From contig NEEC01000015.1 in assembly GCA_002189035.1 (NCBI GenBank), forward strand, positions 248,001 through 312,000: a stretch of DNA of 64,000 nucleotides. Direction: 5' to 3'. How positions within the stretch are numbered: position 1 is the first letter of the stretch; each line of letters starts with the position of its first letter. This DNA is from Utricularia gibba. Lineage: Eukaryota > Plantae > Magnoliophyta. Position numbers and translations under genes: made by a program. The notes under the pieces are model-generated. The model did not search any database. It was not told the origin of the DNA and was given only the letters and a program-made list of their open reading frames with translations. This document shows positions 1 to 13,027 of the stretch, piece by piece.

Positions 1-2751
1 TAATGATTCTTCAGCATTAGCTAAAAGAGAACTCACATTTTTTTCACACAACATACCCTCTTTATTCCAGCCGAGTTGATTGGTGCCTCAGCTGATGCAG
101 CATTGTAGATGCTGAATCACGGTCCCCGAGCTCCAAAAAGCCTTTGATGAATGAATATGTCAATAGATTGCATGTGAGACACTCACAGACTCCTGTTACA
201 TGGAAACATTAAACGCCTTAGACTTCCTACGATTGCTTTTCAGATGAATAACATCACGTGCGAGATTGAGATGAGAATCATAAATGGAAGATCTACATCC
301 GTTGCAGCTCTGCAGATGCTCAACCGATTGGCGATAACATCACTACATATCCAGAAAATGGTTAGTTAATGTTGTGTAGTTCGAAGAGAAATGGTGGATC
401 ATCGAGAAAAGAAAAAACGCTACTTGGATTGGTGATTATAGGAACATGGACAACTGACTAGGCCACATCTCGTCAGGGTATGCATGTTTGATGAAACTGA
501 CTGATGGTTGATTCATACTTAGAGTAACTAGAACACCAACTAGATGTCCTTGATATAGCACACTCCAAGCTCGGACACCAAGAATCTCTGCCTGAAGCAA
601 ACCTGGATCAGGAATGGAGAATTTACATTAAACTCTCTATCCCACTACAATCAGCAATAGTTAGTCTATAAGAGCGTGACTCAAAAGAAGAGATTCAAAA
701 TAAAAATCATCTTCAGAGGAAGCACTGCATATTCAACCGTAGCCTCAACACCAGACCACTAATTCTACGCAGAGTTAAGCATACTTGTAGTTGAAATCAC
801 AGCTTGGAAAAATTACGTCGATGTTATTTTGACAATATGTGGTGCAAATTAACGTGCCATAAGGTGGAAACATCTTGGCAATTTATCTGACCATAAATGC
901 CTCCTTGAAAGTTCAGAACGTGTGAACGCCGTACACGAGAATCGAAGCTGGCTAGTGCCACACTCTTCATAAAATGAGGTAATCCGGAAGTACTGCGACG
1001 GCAACAAAACGCGATCTAAGAGAGGTACCGTAGGGCCTTGACCTTGAGTGATTTCCCCGTGTAGATCGGGATGCTTCCTACGAATTGTACACTAAAGCGT
1101 TATTAAACTGAAAATGAACCGCCGCTGTCGTCATCTCCATGAATACTAGGCATTTTACTCCCGATCCATGAGAGTTCAAGCGCCCACGAGTGAAGTAACG
1201 GCGTTTTCTAAGGTTTCTCGGTTATAACACCTTCTCGAAACGCTCTTTCTGGAAACAATCGCAACCGGAAGTGATCCGCGCAAAGCGTTGAAAGGATTCT
1301 CATCCTCAACACACGATAACTCCTCCATGAGATTCCTCACCTTCACCCGCCCCTCGGCGACCGCCTCTTTTTTCCCGCTGCATTTCGGCCAATGGCTCGG
1401 TCAAGTTCAGAATTCAAAGTTCTTCTTATAAATTAATTAATGAAAAAACACACAATTTCTTTTTTTTTTTCCTACCTATCAACTAAATATAGCATCTTAT
1501 CCAAACACGGCAATATTGGAAAATAGAACAATTTATAAATAAATTAATCAACCGTACGTAATTCCAAATACCTGCATCTGTGAATAAACACATGGCATGA
1601 CTTGAGGAGATCGATTCATACTAAGGCACAGGCAGGGGTTTGATGGTAACACAAGAAGTAGGAATCGGGTGCAATCTTTATAGGGAGCAGATCACCTGGA
1701 AGCAACTCCGGTTTCAGAGTCTGCAAGTTCAACAGATTCCCATTGAGCAGATCAGCATTGCTCTGGATGTGTCCAACCATGGGACTCACATAGTGTTCTT
1801 CTCTTTTGCTTGAGGCAGCAGTCTTCATGTCGCCTCCAAGTTCGAGTCATTCGGTACCCAAACTCCGAATCTCATCGAATTCGACAGGTGATCTGACGCA
1901 GTGCCACTACATTCTGTGAAACAAACTCATAATTATGTAATAGTGATCTGAAGCTGCGTTGATCTGATGGGAGCACTGGACTTGATAACATAGCATCTGC
2001 TACTCTCATATGTTAATTTAGGTCAAGGCATAGCTTGTAGCTCTTCAGCTGCTACTCTTCACTAATTGAGCCATTTCTGTGGGTATGTACTTACTCATGG
2101 TTCCAAATAAGAGCCAGATCACCTTCAGCTCCGTTCTTCAGAAAGCTGGCAAAGCAAACTCCCAGATACTGGAAACCTAAACTGAAATGATCAATTGGAT
2201 TACATCAAATCTTCTTCAAAGCATGCCTCCTATAAGAATATCAATAGTTCATTGTATAAACCTTGAAACCGAAACTGAAGCTATCATATACTCCCATTGT
2301 ATCTAGGAACTCTAAACCGTTATATCAAATCCTCTGCAAAATATGCCAAAAATGAAATCTATGATCCCATCCACGCAACCAAATAACTAATTATCTATAC
2401 AGCAAGTGTAATGAAATATCAGTATCCATTTCATTATGTAACCAGATCTCAGCACCCCAAAACTCAGTGTTGATTTGCCAGGGGATCTATGCTGCACCGA
2501 TGGGGTATGAGATTTATTAGTGTAGGATCTACACATTGGAATGAATAGCTGGTATCACAATTTTTGGTGTGAACAAACCGCAATTACAACCATCATATAC
2601 CAACCATGGCTTCCCAGGTATATATACAGTTCATTGCATTCCAATGCCTAACACATTGAATGGAAGCAAAGTGGTGAAATAAATTTTCTTGCTGCAGCTC
2701 AAGGATTTTGAAAAAAGGGAAACCAGTACAAGGATACTTGGGAGAAATCTG

Positions 2752-4814
2752 CTAAAACAACATGTCTGAATCAGAAAGCTCGAGGAGTTTGTGTTGGCCA
2801 ATTGGTTTGGTGCCTGGTCGAAATGAGTTCCCTTCAATGTACCTGCGTGAGAAATATTTTGTAAAATGGATTGACAATGCGTCAGCCGAATAATTTGAAA
2901 CGGAATAAGAGGGAACTTACATTTCCTTGAGAAATGGATGCTTGTAAAATGTATCAGGAATTCTACCAGAGAACTGATTGTTATCCAAGTATCTGAGACA
3001 CGAATGCCGAGCGATTCATTGTCATAGTGAGGATAACAGGAGCTAGGAGGTTTAGGTTTCTCTAAAGAGACAATATGCTTACAGGTATGTTAATCGAGGA
3101 ATGTGAGCAACCGCAAATGGAATTGCCCCCGACATTTTGTTGTTTGATAAATATCTGAGGAACAATGTAAAATCACTTAAAAGCAGGTCATTTAAACGGG
3201 TTGCAGAAAGAACAATGAGTTATCAGGTGAACAAACTCACAAGAGTTCCAAGTTAGTGAGATTTGCAAGCTGCGATGGAATGCCTCCGGTGAAGTGATTG
3301 TTATTAAGATACCTGTAACGTTATGCCAGGGACTGTTACTAACACTTTTCATTAAGCACGCATGATGTATAAAAAGAATTGAAAGACGGCTACAAAAACA
3401 GAAAAGAGGCATACAGGTTACGAAGAGCTGGGAAGCATCCCTCTAGGCGAATGAGTTCACGTATGGTACCAAACAAGTGATTGTTGCCCACATCCCTACG
3501 GAACACTCACTCTGGATAAGTCTAAGAGGAAGAAAAGCCGCAGATGAAATGCATTAAGATAGCTTTAAATATCTTACAGGTGCCGAAGCTTCTGTAAATT
3601 TCCCAGCTCAGCAGGAATTCTGCCTATTAACCTGTTCTGATGAAGCTGGAGATTTTGAAGCTCAGGTAGATTTGAAAGCTCCCTTGGGATTTCACCCTTC
3701 AAGTTATTAAAACTCAAATATCTGCAGAGATTTCACAGAACGCACATCCATAATGAAAAACTAAGTTAGATGAAGGGCATTTCCAATAGTTCAAAACACA
3801 GCTACTTACAGATGCGTTAGCTGCTTTAGTTCACCAATTTCAGGGGGAATGACGTCTTGCAATTTGTTCCATCGCAGATTTCTGAAGCATAAAGATCACG
3901 AAGCACAACAAATTCGTAAACCACCAAGAGGACAAACGCATGCAGTTTGCACGATAAGAAAAGAAGTCTGCTGTACTCAGTAAGATCAGGCATATGTTCA
4001 GACAATGATGTCTTTATACGAAAACATACATTATGCTGCTAAATGTTATGCACCCAAATCCTAAACAAGCATAGTATTTCTGCTTTATGAGAAATTAGGA
4101 TCATTACAGTATCTTGAGATGTTTCAACCGTCCTATCTGTGACGGAATTGGCCCAGTCAGTTTGTTGTTGTGCAAGTCCCTGTGAGAGGAAACCATTTTT
4201 AGAGTGTGCGAAAGGCAGAAAAGAAGAGAGCTGAAAGACATTGCGTAAGCCCTTACAGTCTTCTAAGATCAACTAGGTTGGTAATTGCAACAGGAATCGG
4301 ACCAACAATCGAAACTGCATACACTTCCCTGCCAGGAGAATGAATCCGCACAGGAAGACACAAAGAGTTAACACATATCTCCAATCGTAAGTATGAAAAA
4401 TGAGACTAGAAACCCACAATTCAGTAACAACTCTGTAGTCAGCACCGCTTACAGAGGAGCATGTTACTCCAGACCAGGCCGGCAAATCACCATCTCCACA
4501 AGGATCATCACCAACCCATGCATACAACACCCTCCATCCAAGCGATGCTTTTACTTCATTCAATGCCTTCACTAGAATTAAAAACAAAAAACAAAATATG
4601 AACACACATCGCCAAGATCTGAAAAAGGCGTAGATCATGCACTAGACAATGACACCTAATGAAGCGAAATGCAAAATCAAAATCATGGAAGCGCAAGAAA
4701 ACAGTGGATCTAATTAGTACCATCACGCTTGAGCGTTTTCCCATGGGCTACAGTATACGGGATCAAGACGAGAAGAAGACAGATAGAGAGAGCTGAACGA
4801 AGAAGCGCCGCCAT
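2752..4814 (-). CDS. Secreted extracellular leucine-rich repeat protein (At5g61240/At1g13910-like), 11 exons
   Basis: Exon 1 (4814-4721) reads MAALLRSALSICLLLVLIPYTVAHGKTLKRD (signal peptide). Exon 2 (4571-4418) reads VKALNEVKASLGWRVLYAWVGDDPCGDGDLPAWSGVTC (LRR N-cap). It is followed by mostly 72-nt LRR exons (DLHNNKLTGPIPSQIGRLKHL, NLRWNKLQDVIPPEIGELKQL...), ending YIEGNSFRPGTKPIGQHKLLELSDSDMLF* at 2752. All introns GT-AG. No TM or kinase domain. Confidence 0.93.
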
Positions 4815-5583
4815 GGGCTCCCCCTGGTCACAAACTGAAATATGTGACTTCCACTTCTTGCAGAGAGAAGAGATCTGCGTCTTCGGTCTGGCGAATCAAC
4901 CTGCTGCTATATCTCGCCGTCGTCCGCCCCGCAGCCAAATTTTCTTTTTCACCTCCGCACCTGAAAAGCAAAATGCAACCATATATTTCTTAAAAAAAAC
5001 GGTGTAAATTTTTTTTTTAAAAAAAATATAATATTCTATCATTATCACGTTTAATTTATTAATTATATCTGCATAAATTATGATATTTTATTATTATTAT
5101 GGGCTTTAAAATTGAATCATAAGCCCAAACGGTTTAGTAAACTTAGGGCAAATCGGCCCATCGCTGGCCTTTCAGCAAACGCCGATAATACCCTTTGTAA
5201 GAATAGGCCCCACGCCGCATCTGGTTTTACTTCCAAGTCAACCTTTTTAAAAAACTGAACTTTTTCTGGTGGTTTGAGGACTACTGGTTACCATACCCAT
5301 TCTCATTTTTCTAGTAATTTTCAAAAACCAAAAGATTTGATGCAGGAGGGCATGGTTCAGAGTAAAAGAAGAATCAATCAGAATGAATGGTTTCTATAGT
5401 TTCGTGAATATGTAAGCAGACTGACAAGGAATGATGAAGATGATGATCAATGACAATGAGAAATTTACCACAGCAAAGGGAAGCATGCAGTTGATACCTG
5501 ATCCTTATCGTGCTTAAGAACGTAATTAAGAGGTAGTGGCTGCATTTCCTTGCTAACACGAAGCCTCAGCAGAGAAAACTTCT

Positions 5584-6966
5584 TCAACGGAATCGGCCAT
5601 GGACGCCATCTTCGCTTTCTTCAGGAGCTGGAAGATTGAGATCAAGCTGGTCATGCTTGATCAGTGTAGCTCTGTTCCTGGTTCCCTCATGGGCGTTGAT
5701 GAAATGGGACCTTTTGTGCCCGCCCAATGCCTGCCCGTTTTTGAAGACGCGATCGCAGAAGGGGCAAGCATGAACCCTGTTCTTCTTTAGAGTGGCTTTC
5801 TTGTCACAAGAAGCCTTGGAGGCTGCTTTATTATGCCTGAGGGGCTCTGCCAATTTGTAAGCTCGATCATCTTCTGGGCTGTTTTCGTCACTCTCGTACC
5901 TATCGGCATTGCTGTTGAGTCTTCGATGGCACGGCCGGTGTCCTCCGAGAGCTTGGTACGAATTGAAGGTCTTCTTGCAGTTGAAGCATTCGTATTTGCT
6001 TCTCTTCGGGACACTCTCAGAGTCTGGTGCATTCTTCCCTGTCTTAGCAGCAGTCACTTTGCTTGATTCAGTCACACTGAATCTTTTGAAGTTACTGTCC
6101 CGAACTTGCACACGGTATTCGGATTCCGATTCGGTGTCGGCGTTCTCATCCAGGAAGTATCCTGAATCAGAATCCTCCTCCATTGCAATCTTCTTCATCT
6201 TAGAGAACTCTTCAGAGGTCTGTGCGCCGCAGCCGAGCTGCTTCTGCTTGCTGATTTTCATGTCAATGGATGAAGACTTAGTCTCCAAAACGACAGAGTT
6301 GTTGTCGGAAGACTCCACAGCCGAGTATCCGCTCCCCCTATTCATCTGATCCCTGGACAGAAGCATCAAACACCTTGCAACCTCCACCTGTTCCTGCCCA
6401 TCGATCTCGAAGAGAGACGAAAACGGTGAATCCTCGACGGGTTTCATTCTCTTCTTGTTCACTGATGATCTTCTGCTGCTGCTCAGGTTCTTCCGATCCG
6501 ATGACTCCGTATCTGAAAAACCATCCATCACCATCTTATTGTTTTCACTAGTCCAAGAAATATCATCCTTCGGCACTCTTTCTTTCTCAGAATGGCAAGC
6601 CATGTGCCCACAGAGTGCTTTCAGAGACTGGAATGCCTTCCCACATTGCTTGCAAATTCTTGGCAATGAAGGAGTTGGTGTTGAATCAGCAGCTCTCCAT
6701 GTTTTCTTGGGATTCTCTCTTAAACCATAGCCACCACTTTGACCTTCACCTAACTCTGCAAATTCCCATGAATCTCTCATTAACTGATCTTCTTCTTCCT
6801 CTTCTGTTACAGAAAGCAACTTCTTTTTCGCCGCAAATCTCTCCTCTGATTCGCCTGAATTCGCAACTTCATGAGATCTCATATGTGCCCCAAAGGATTT
6901 CCCACTCGGAAACCTTTTGTTACACAGATTACAAATGAATCTCGATCGCTGGCCCTCTTCTTCCAT
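5584..6966 (-). CDS. Multi-finger C2H2 zinc-finger protein (ZAT/C1-type) with C-terminal EAR motif
   Basis: Single-exon ORF with four C2H2 fingers (CNLCNKRFPSGKSFGAHMRSH, CKQCGKAFQSLKALCGHMACH, CFNCKKTFNSYQALGGH, CPFCDRVFKNGQALGGHKRSH), a GYGLRENPKKTW box and a DLNLPAP EAR motif. Probable ATG at 6966 (MEEEGQRSRF). Confidence 0.92.
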   Translation of the reverse strand: MEEEGQRSRFICNLCNKRFPSGKSFGAHMRSHEVANSGESEERFAAKKKLLSVTEEEEEDQLMRDSWEFAELGEGQSGGYGLRENPKKTWRAADSTPTPSLPRICKQCGKAFQSLKALCGHMACHSEKERVPKDDISWTSENNKMVMDGFSDTESSDRKNLSSSRRSSVNKKRMKPVEDSPFSSLFEIDGQEQVEVARCLMLLSRDQMNRGSGYSAVESSDNNSVVLETKSSSIDMKISKQKQLGCGAQTSEEFSKMKKIAMEEDSDSGYFLDENADTESESEYRVQVRDSNFKRFSVTESSKVTAAKTGKNAPDSESVPKRSKYECFNCKKTFNSYQALGGHRPCHRRLNSNADRYESDENSPEDDRAYKLAEPLRHNKAASKASCDKKATLKKNRVHACPFCDRVFKNGQALGGHKRSHFINAHEGTRNRATLIKHDQLDLNLPAPEESEDGVHGRFR

Positions 6967-8876
6967 TAACATTTCGATGGCTGTGTGGAGAAACTCGACA
7001 TCGCAGAAGGTCAAATGCAGCAACGCACAGCAAATCACTGACAGGGTAAAATAAAACACAGATTAAAAGAGGCGTCATTGAATCAACAAGAAACTTGAAG
7101 GAGATGCAAATCTGTAGAACAAACCAGCGAATTCGGAGGATGTTGGAACTGAAGGGAAGGAGATACAAATCTCTAGAACCCCATCTTTATAAAAATCTGA
7201 GAAACAAACGCTTCAAGATTGCGAAAGGGGGGAGGAAAGGCGAAAACACCAACAAGCAAGAAAACAAAACAAATTTAATGTTGCGAAAAGAATCAAACTT
7301 TTCGAGGAGATGAATCGTTGAGCGATAGCGAGATGGAGAATCAAAACTGAAACCAAGAAACTTTTTCTTCTCCCCCTTTCGGTTCCACTACTCTTTTCTC
7401 TCCCACTGACCAACAAACACTTCTTGTTTGTTGCGGAAGCTGGAAGAAGAATTCCATGCATGAAAAGGAACTACACAGCTCTGTAGATAAGTCAGAGAGT
7501 GAGAGGGCAAGATCCTGAAATGGGTAACACGTGTACTCATTAGATGAAAAAGTTTGTTGCTTCTGGGATCAAAACCTTGACGACTTCTTGGATTTCAAAT
7601 CATTTTTTTTTTCCCAATGGCAAGATTCTTGGATTCATATCGCGGTTTTGATAAGTTCAAAATCCCATCTTCAAGAAAAAAAATCCGATCTTTAGGGGTT
7701 TTCTGTTGAAAATTATCCTAAAGTACGATTTTTTACTATTAACCATCCATCTTCTGCATCTCCAGTGCAGAAATGTGATGATTACCACCATCACAACTCT
7801 CCATGAAATCTCTACAAGGTGCTTCGTTTTCAGAAAGTCATGATCTTTCTGTTTGCGCCTGCGACCCAAAAGGGAAGTTGGGACACCAAAGAATGACGTT
7901 TCACTAAAGTAAAAAAATATATACATACTCTGCATCATACAGCAACCCATCTTTGCTTGAGTCGCAGTAGGTGAGATAAATGTTAAAGAGAGGCAAAGAG
8001 TGTAGGGTTGAAGACTAATGTGCTCACCCAAGATTCAATGATTCAACCATCCATAAACTCTTCTGCAATTATGGCACCTTGCATTTATCCTTAATGGTTA
8101 CATCTACACCCAAGCCTAAGAAAAAGCTAACATATTTTTGTATAACCCCCTCTACAGCCTAAGAAATTATTGCTAAGGCTTCTCGTGACTGATCACATGA
8201 GATGGGAAGAATCCCATTTACGTGTCCTGTGGAGAGGACAGACAAATGCTTTCATATTTTGAACTATACGCTTGCTTGTGAAGTCACTTACAAGTTGGGG
8301 CATTGATGCGGAGCCACTTATGATCTGTGCAATGAATGTTGAGCAACTTTGATAATGGCCAAGCTACTTTTTTCTGAGAGGGAGTTTGTTGTTGGTTGTG
8401 GTGGGGGCGGCTACACGGCTTACTGATTAATTGAACCCAACTCCAACTTCTCATTTCATTATCTGCATCTACATACTGATCAATTGAGGGCTAATAACTC
8501 TCTGTATTTGACTAGCAACCTCTTCAGAATCCAACTTCTACTGTTGTACTGAGGCTCCTGTCTGAAATATGGTCCTGGTGAACATCCACCTTCTGGTGGC
8601 AATCGAAGGTCTAGAGAAACCAAATCTGTAGCCACAGTGGTCTGCAAAACACTGTTTTAACAGCAAAAATCTAATACTATACATCACGAAATTTGAAAAA
8701 AAGGATACTTGCAAGTTCCAGCTGCTCGAAGTCCGAGTATCTCAACAACAATACAACGAGGAGAGAGGAGGGGAAGGAAAGAAAGAAACTTTGCCTTGAT
8801 TGCTCTGCTGCTGAGATGTCTGAGAGACAACTCTGCTGAGATGTTCTTAACTCAGGTGGGGAGCTTTAGAGATTAA

Positions 8877-9908
8877 TCATTCTTCATCGTCCGAGAAATA
8901 ACTCTGTGGCAATCTGAATTCTTCCTCCTGATTCAGGAACTCGGAGTCTTCATCATCTGGTTTCTGAAATCCAACCAATCAAAGTAGAAACAGACCGCCT
9001 TCGTTGGGAGGGAGGGATGAATCATCAGTTAATGTCAATGTTATGGAGCCATACCAACATTTCTAGGTTATAGAATCGCCCGAGCAATGTCAGAATCTCC
9101 TCAGCAGTAAAAGGGCGGTTGAAACTGAAAGAGGGGAAGAAAACAGAGTGCTGATGACAAGCAAAAAGTTGAAATTGCATACGAGAACTAACCAACCTTC
9201 GCCTCATATGCTCTGTCATACCGTAGATGACAAAATGCCGATGGGGGCCTGAAATAAAGAAAGGATAAAACTTGGATAGCATGACCAGAACATAGATTCC
9301 ATATGCATAAACCCTGGAAAAACTCTTTGAGTAAAGATAATGTATGGCAACAAGATTGAGGTACCGAAATGGGGTATCACATTCGACATTCTTGTAACAC
9401 TAAAAAATCTTTCATTAGATGCACATGTCTTCCTGAAAGCGTTATAACGTAACATTACTGCTGGTCTGCGTAAATAATCTTTCCTTAGGACATGAACATG
9501 ACTTTTTTCTCGAAAATGAAATTGTAACTTTGAATCATATCCGCACAACGCCGATCAAGTGTGATGATACCAATTGGAAACAAGAAGGAAAAAAAGGGGG
9601 TGGGGGGAGAAAAACCTCGTAATTTGGCCGGAGGGTAAATTTCGAGAGACTCAAGCAACGCTAGCTCCAATTCCACGTCCGATTTCTCCTGAAATCTCGC
9701 AGAAATCAGACTAAAAGTGACAGCAATGGTGAGCGAGAAGAAAGCGAACCTTGCGCAGTGAAGAAGAATTGATCTTGCAAGGGGAGTGTACGGATAATCC
9801 ATCTTGGTCCTGTTCCTCTTCATCATCATCCCCAGTCTCCTCTTCCTTGTGAAATTCTTCTTTCACTTGCTGCTGCTTTTTAGATTTACCGCTTGTCATC
9901 TGCCCCAT
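8877..9908 (-). CDS. EAF7: Chromatin modification-related protein EAF7 / MRG-binding protein (NuA4 subunit), 146 aa, 5 exons
   Basis: Exons 9908-9750, 9688-9616, 9248-9197, 9124-9055 and 8963-8877 join in frame (441 nt): ...SVHSPCK...EKSDVELELALLESLEIYPPAKLRGPHRHFVIYGMTEHMRRSFNRPFTAEEILTLLGRFYNLEMLKPDDEDSEFLNQEEEFRLPQSYF. Confidence 0.92.
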
Positions 9909-11230
9909 GCCGCGCCTACCGTCGATTCTCGATTTCAATTTCATCAATTAGGGTTTTTGTTTTCTTGTGATCATCCCGCATCCATCTCCCAACTACAAGT
10001 GCCTTCATTTCCCTACGCTTCCTTGCCACATGGATGATACTTACACTCGCGTACCACCTCCATAATTTAAAAATAACAGCATTTAAAAAAAAAATTTGTT
10101 AGTTTTTAATGATAAAAGGATTTAGAAATAACTAACATCAATTACAAAATTTAAATAACAATTATATTCTATAATTATTAAAAATATTAAATGGACAAGG
10201 AATTGAAGAAATTTATATCATATAGTTAAACATTAACATTTTATTTGGTGCATATGTTTTATACATATGTATTTAAAATAATATTATATTTGATAGACGT
10301 GTTTAGAATATATGATTTATAACTTGAATTGCTTAACAAAACTCATTTAGCTTGTAAGTTTATAAATATCCAATTTAGAGTGTTTTACAATTATTTTATA
10401 TCATACTCGTATATTACTAAATTAAATTATAAAACATATATTATTAATAATATACATATGTATGTTTAAATATCTATCAAAAAAACTTCTAAATATAGAT
10501 TAAAACTAAAGACAGATAGATATCCGTATAGCCTTCACTTTTCCAAGGCCTTTTTAGGGTATCTGTTGGGCCCAGAAACGTGGGGCCCAACTTCACATGA
10601 GAAGGAAATTATCAGGTCAGTGTTAGGGTGGATTGGGCCGCTTTGCGTAGCCCAAGATCAATAATTGTGCCATCGGATCGGAGTCTTCCTTCTTCAATCC
10701 TCCTCTTGCATGAAATGCTGCAGATCTCTTCCTCATGAATGAGAGCTGTTGCAGAAGACAGCGACGGAGGAAACTTCGAAGTAACTTCCTTGAGGGCAAT
10801 TGCATTCAACCCACGACAATAAATAAGTAAAAATGAAACCTACAACTAACGTAATAAAGCCGCAGCGCAGCCCCATCAACGCAGACAGGGCATGGACGTG
10901 GACTCGGTCCTCGTCGTCCCCAAACTGACTCCCTATTTTCAAAGTTCATCTCTTTCCTCCGAGCTGACGGCACGGCTTTCTCGTCCGTAGAGCCGTACAT
11001 CCGGTTTATCTTTTTTATTCGGGTTCACATGATCGACTATCAAGAGATGGCACTGAGATTCCTCTGCTTCAACTTGCCCGTCGAGAAAGCAAGTTAGTGA
11101 GTGGGAAGCAATATATTTACACCCATGGATACAAACAATATTTATCCAGGAATCAAGCCAACTGCTGATCCTGAATAGGACTAACTCGATTTCCTCAGAC
11201 TGTACAGATGAAGCAGGGGAAGAGAGCATT

Positions 11231-13027
11231 TTAGGGGTAGGATCGGACGGGGCCGAAGTTGCAAAAAGATCTCGACTTGAACAGGCCGCCGAAGAGGAAC
11301 CTGGTGGGAGATTCTTGCGGAGGACCTTCCGGGCAGCCCTTCACTTTTAGTATCGTTTGGCCGATCGTTTGCCGGATGGAGTCGATGGTCTTAGGATCAA
11401 CCGGAAGCCCCGATGAGTCTCTGACGTAGAACGTATTCACGGCCTTCCCGGATTGCGTGGAAACTTCTGCTCGTGTCACGGTTAGACCGTTCTCCCGGAA
11501 GATTCTTGTTACATGGGACAGCAGCCCTACTTTGTCATTGGTACAGAGTTCGAGCTTCAGCCCCTGAAGATCAAGGCAACATTCCATTGCATTTATCGTC
11601 ACTAACATGAGTTCAAAAAAATGTAGCAGTCAATAGAGATGTTGAGCTGTGCTCACTTGCGAGATTCTTCTCCGTATCGCTGCTTCGAGGCACTGCACGA
11701 TGCGTTGTCGCTCTGCATCCGATTTCACGGGTGATCCATCGGAGTTCCTTATGCAATACTCCTTCACAAGGGGAGTCCTTGTGAGAGTCAAGGAAATGAC
11801 ATCAATGCCGCACAGAGATGAACATAAGAGAGCTGGTTACCTGGTAAGCTTGGGGCCCCTCGGAATCGAGATTCCCGTGAAAGACTACATATTGCATGTC
11901 TGTCAAAGTGCAGACTACATCAAACAGAAGCTTAGGCCTGTCTCTGCACCGGATCGTCACGACAGAGTAATCTCTATCCTGCCAATTAACAACACTGACT
12001 TTCGGCTTTTCTTCCTCCGCTGAACAGGCACTGCCCATCTGCTCGTAATCCCTGTCATCGAACATCATCTGGTGCAGCCTTCTCTCGGTGTGAGTCGTCC
12101 CAAGAGAGACTCCGGTCTTCGCTTCCCTCGATCGATTGCTACCCTTGAGCACATTGCATAAAAGCTTCTTCACCATAGCTAGCTTGTCGGGATCGGTTAT
12201 GGCACCGCCGCTTTCAACGTCTGTCACTTGCATTACAGCTGCTGCTCTTGTGTTGTGAGTCCACACCTCAGCATTCACAACATTGCAGCTCAGGCTTGTT
12301 AAAACTGCACTCACTTCTGAAAGGAGGCCCGGCCTATCGGTTCCAATTAATTCGATAAAAGTCCGGTCAGTCCTTGAAGTCACCCCCACTGATCTCCTCA
12401 TTGAAGATGAGAAGTAGGAATCTGGTCCAAGCGACTGTAAAGAAAAAGAAGAAGAATTCAAGATGTGTGTTTGGATGGCGTTAAGAAATTACTGATCATC
12501 AACAAACAACACACCCTCTCAATGTATCTCAGACTCTCTTCATCAGTAACCTTGTTTCCATCTGGATCTGTCACATTGAAAACTGGAAACGAAGGATCCG
12601 CCATTACCATTAGCAAATCGAAATTGGGATCACTTCGAACAACTCTCTAATGGAAATGCAAGCTTTACTCACCGTTCATGAACCACCCCCATCAGAGCAA
12701 ATGTAGGCCTTAGTTACGGTAAGATTTAGATCGGTGAGAATCTGCACAACCTCAAGCAGCATCCCCTGTTTGTTTAGACTGTCTACCTGAAAGACAGGAA
12801 ATGAAGTTTGGGATTGAGAACCGATACGGGTTTTCAGACATGAATGAAACACAAGGATCACCTGAATGACAGTTGCATTTTTGCAAGAATCGTTGTCAAT
12901 CACAACTCTGCCAATCAGCAGTTTAGTTAGTTGGGGAGGCAGGTATGAAAATAACTAGAAAAGCTGAAGGAAACGGATACCTGGGGGGATTCATTCTCTT
13001 GATTAGCTTTTTATATTCATCATCCAT
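11231..13027 (-). CDS. ACR4: ACT domain repeat protein (ACR4/ACR5 clade), 7 exons; three 1-bp indels in exons 1 and 3 as assembled
   Basis: MNPPR|[15 protein letters not shown]|[22 protein letters not shown]..., [64 protein letters not shown]-terminal [16 protein letters not shown]. The symbol refers to ACT DOMAIN REPEAT 4, not CRINKLY4. Confidence 0.88.

Noticed and set aside
7400-8870. Expected CLE9/10-type peptide gene near the C2H2 gene
   Set aside because: No RxVPSGPNPLHN-like motif found by eye in this interval.
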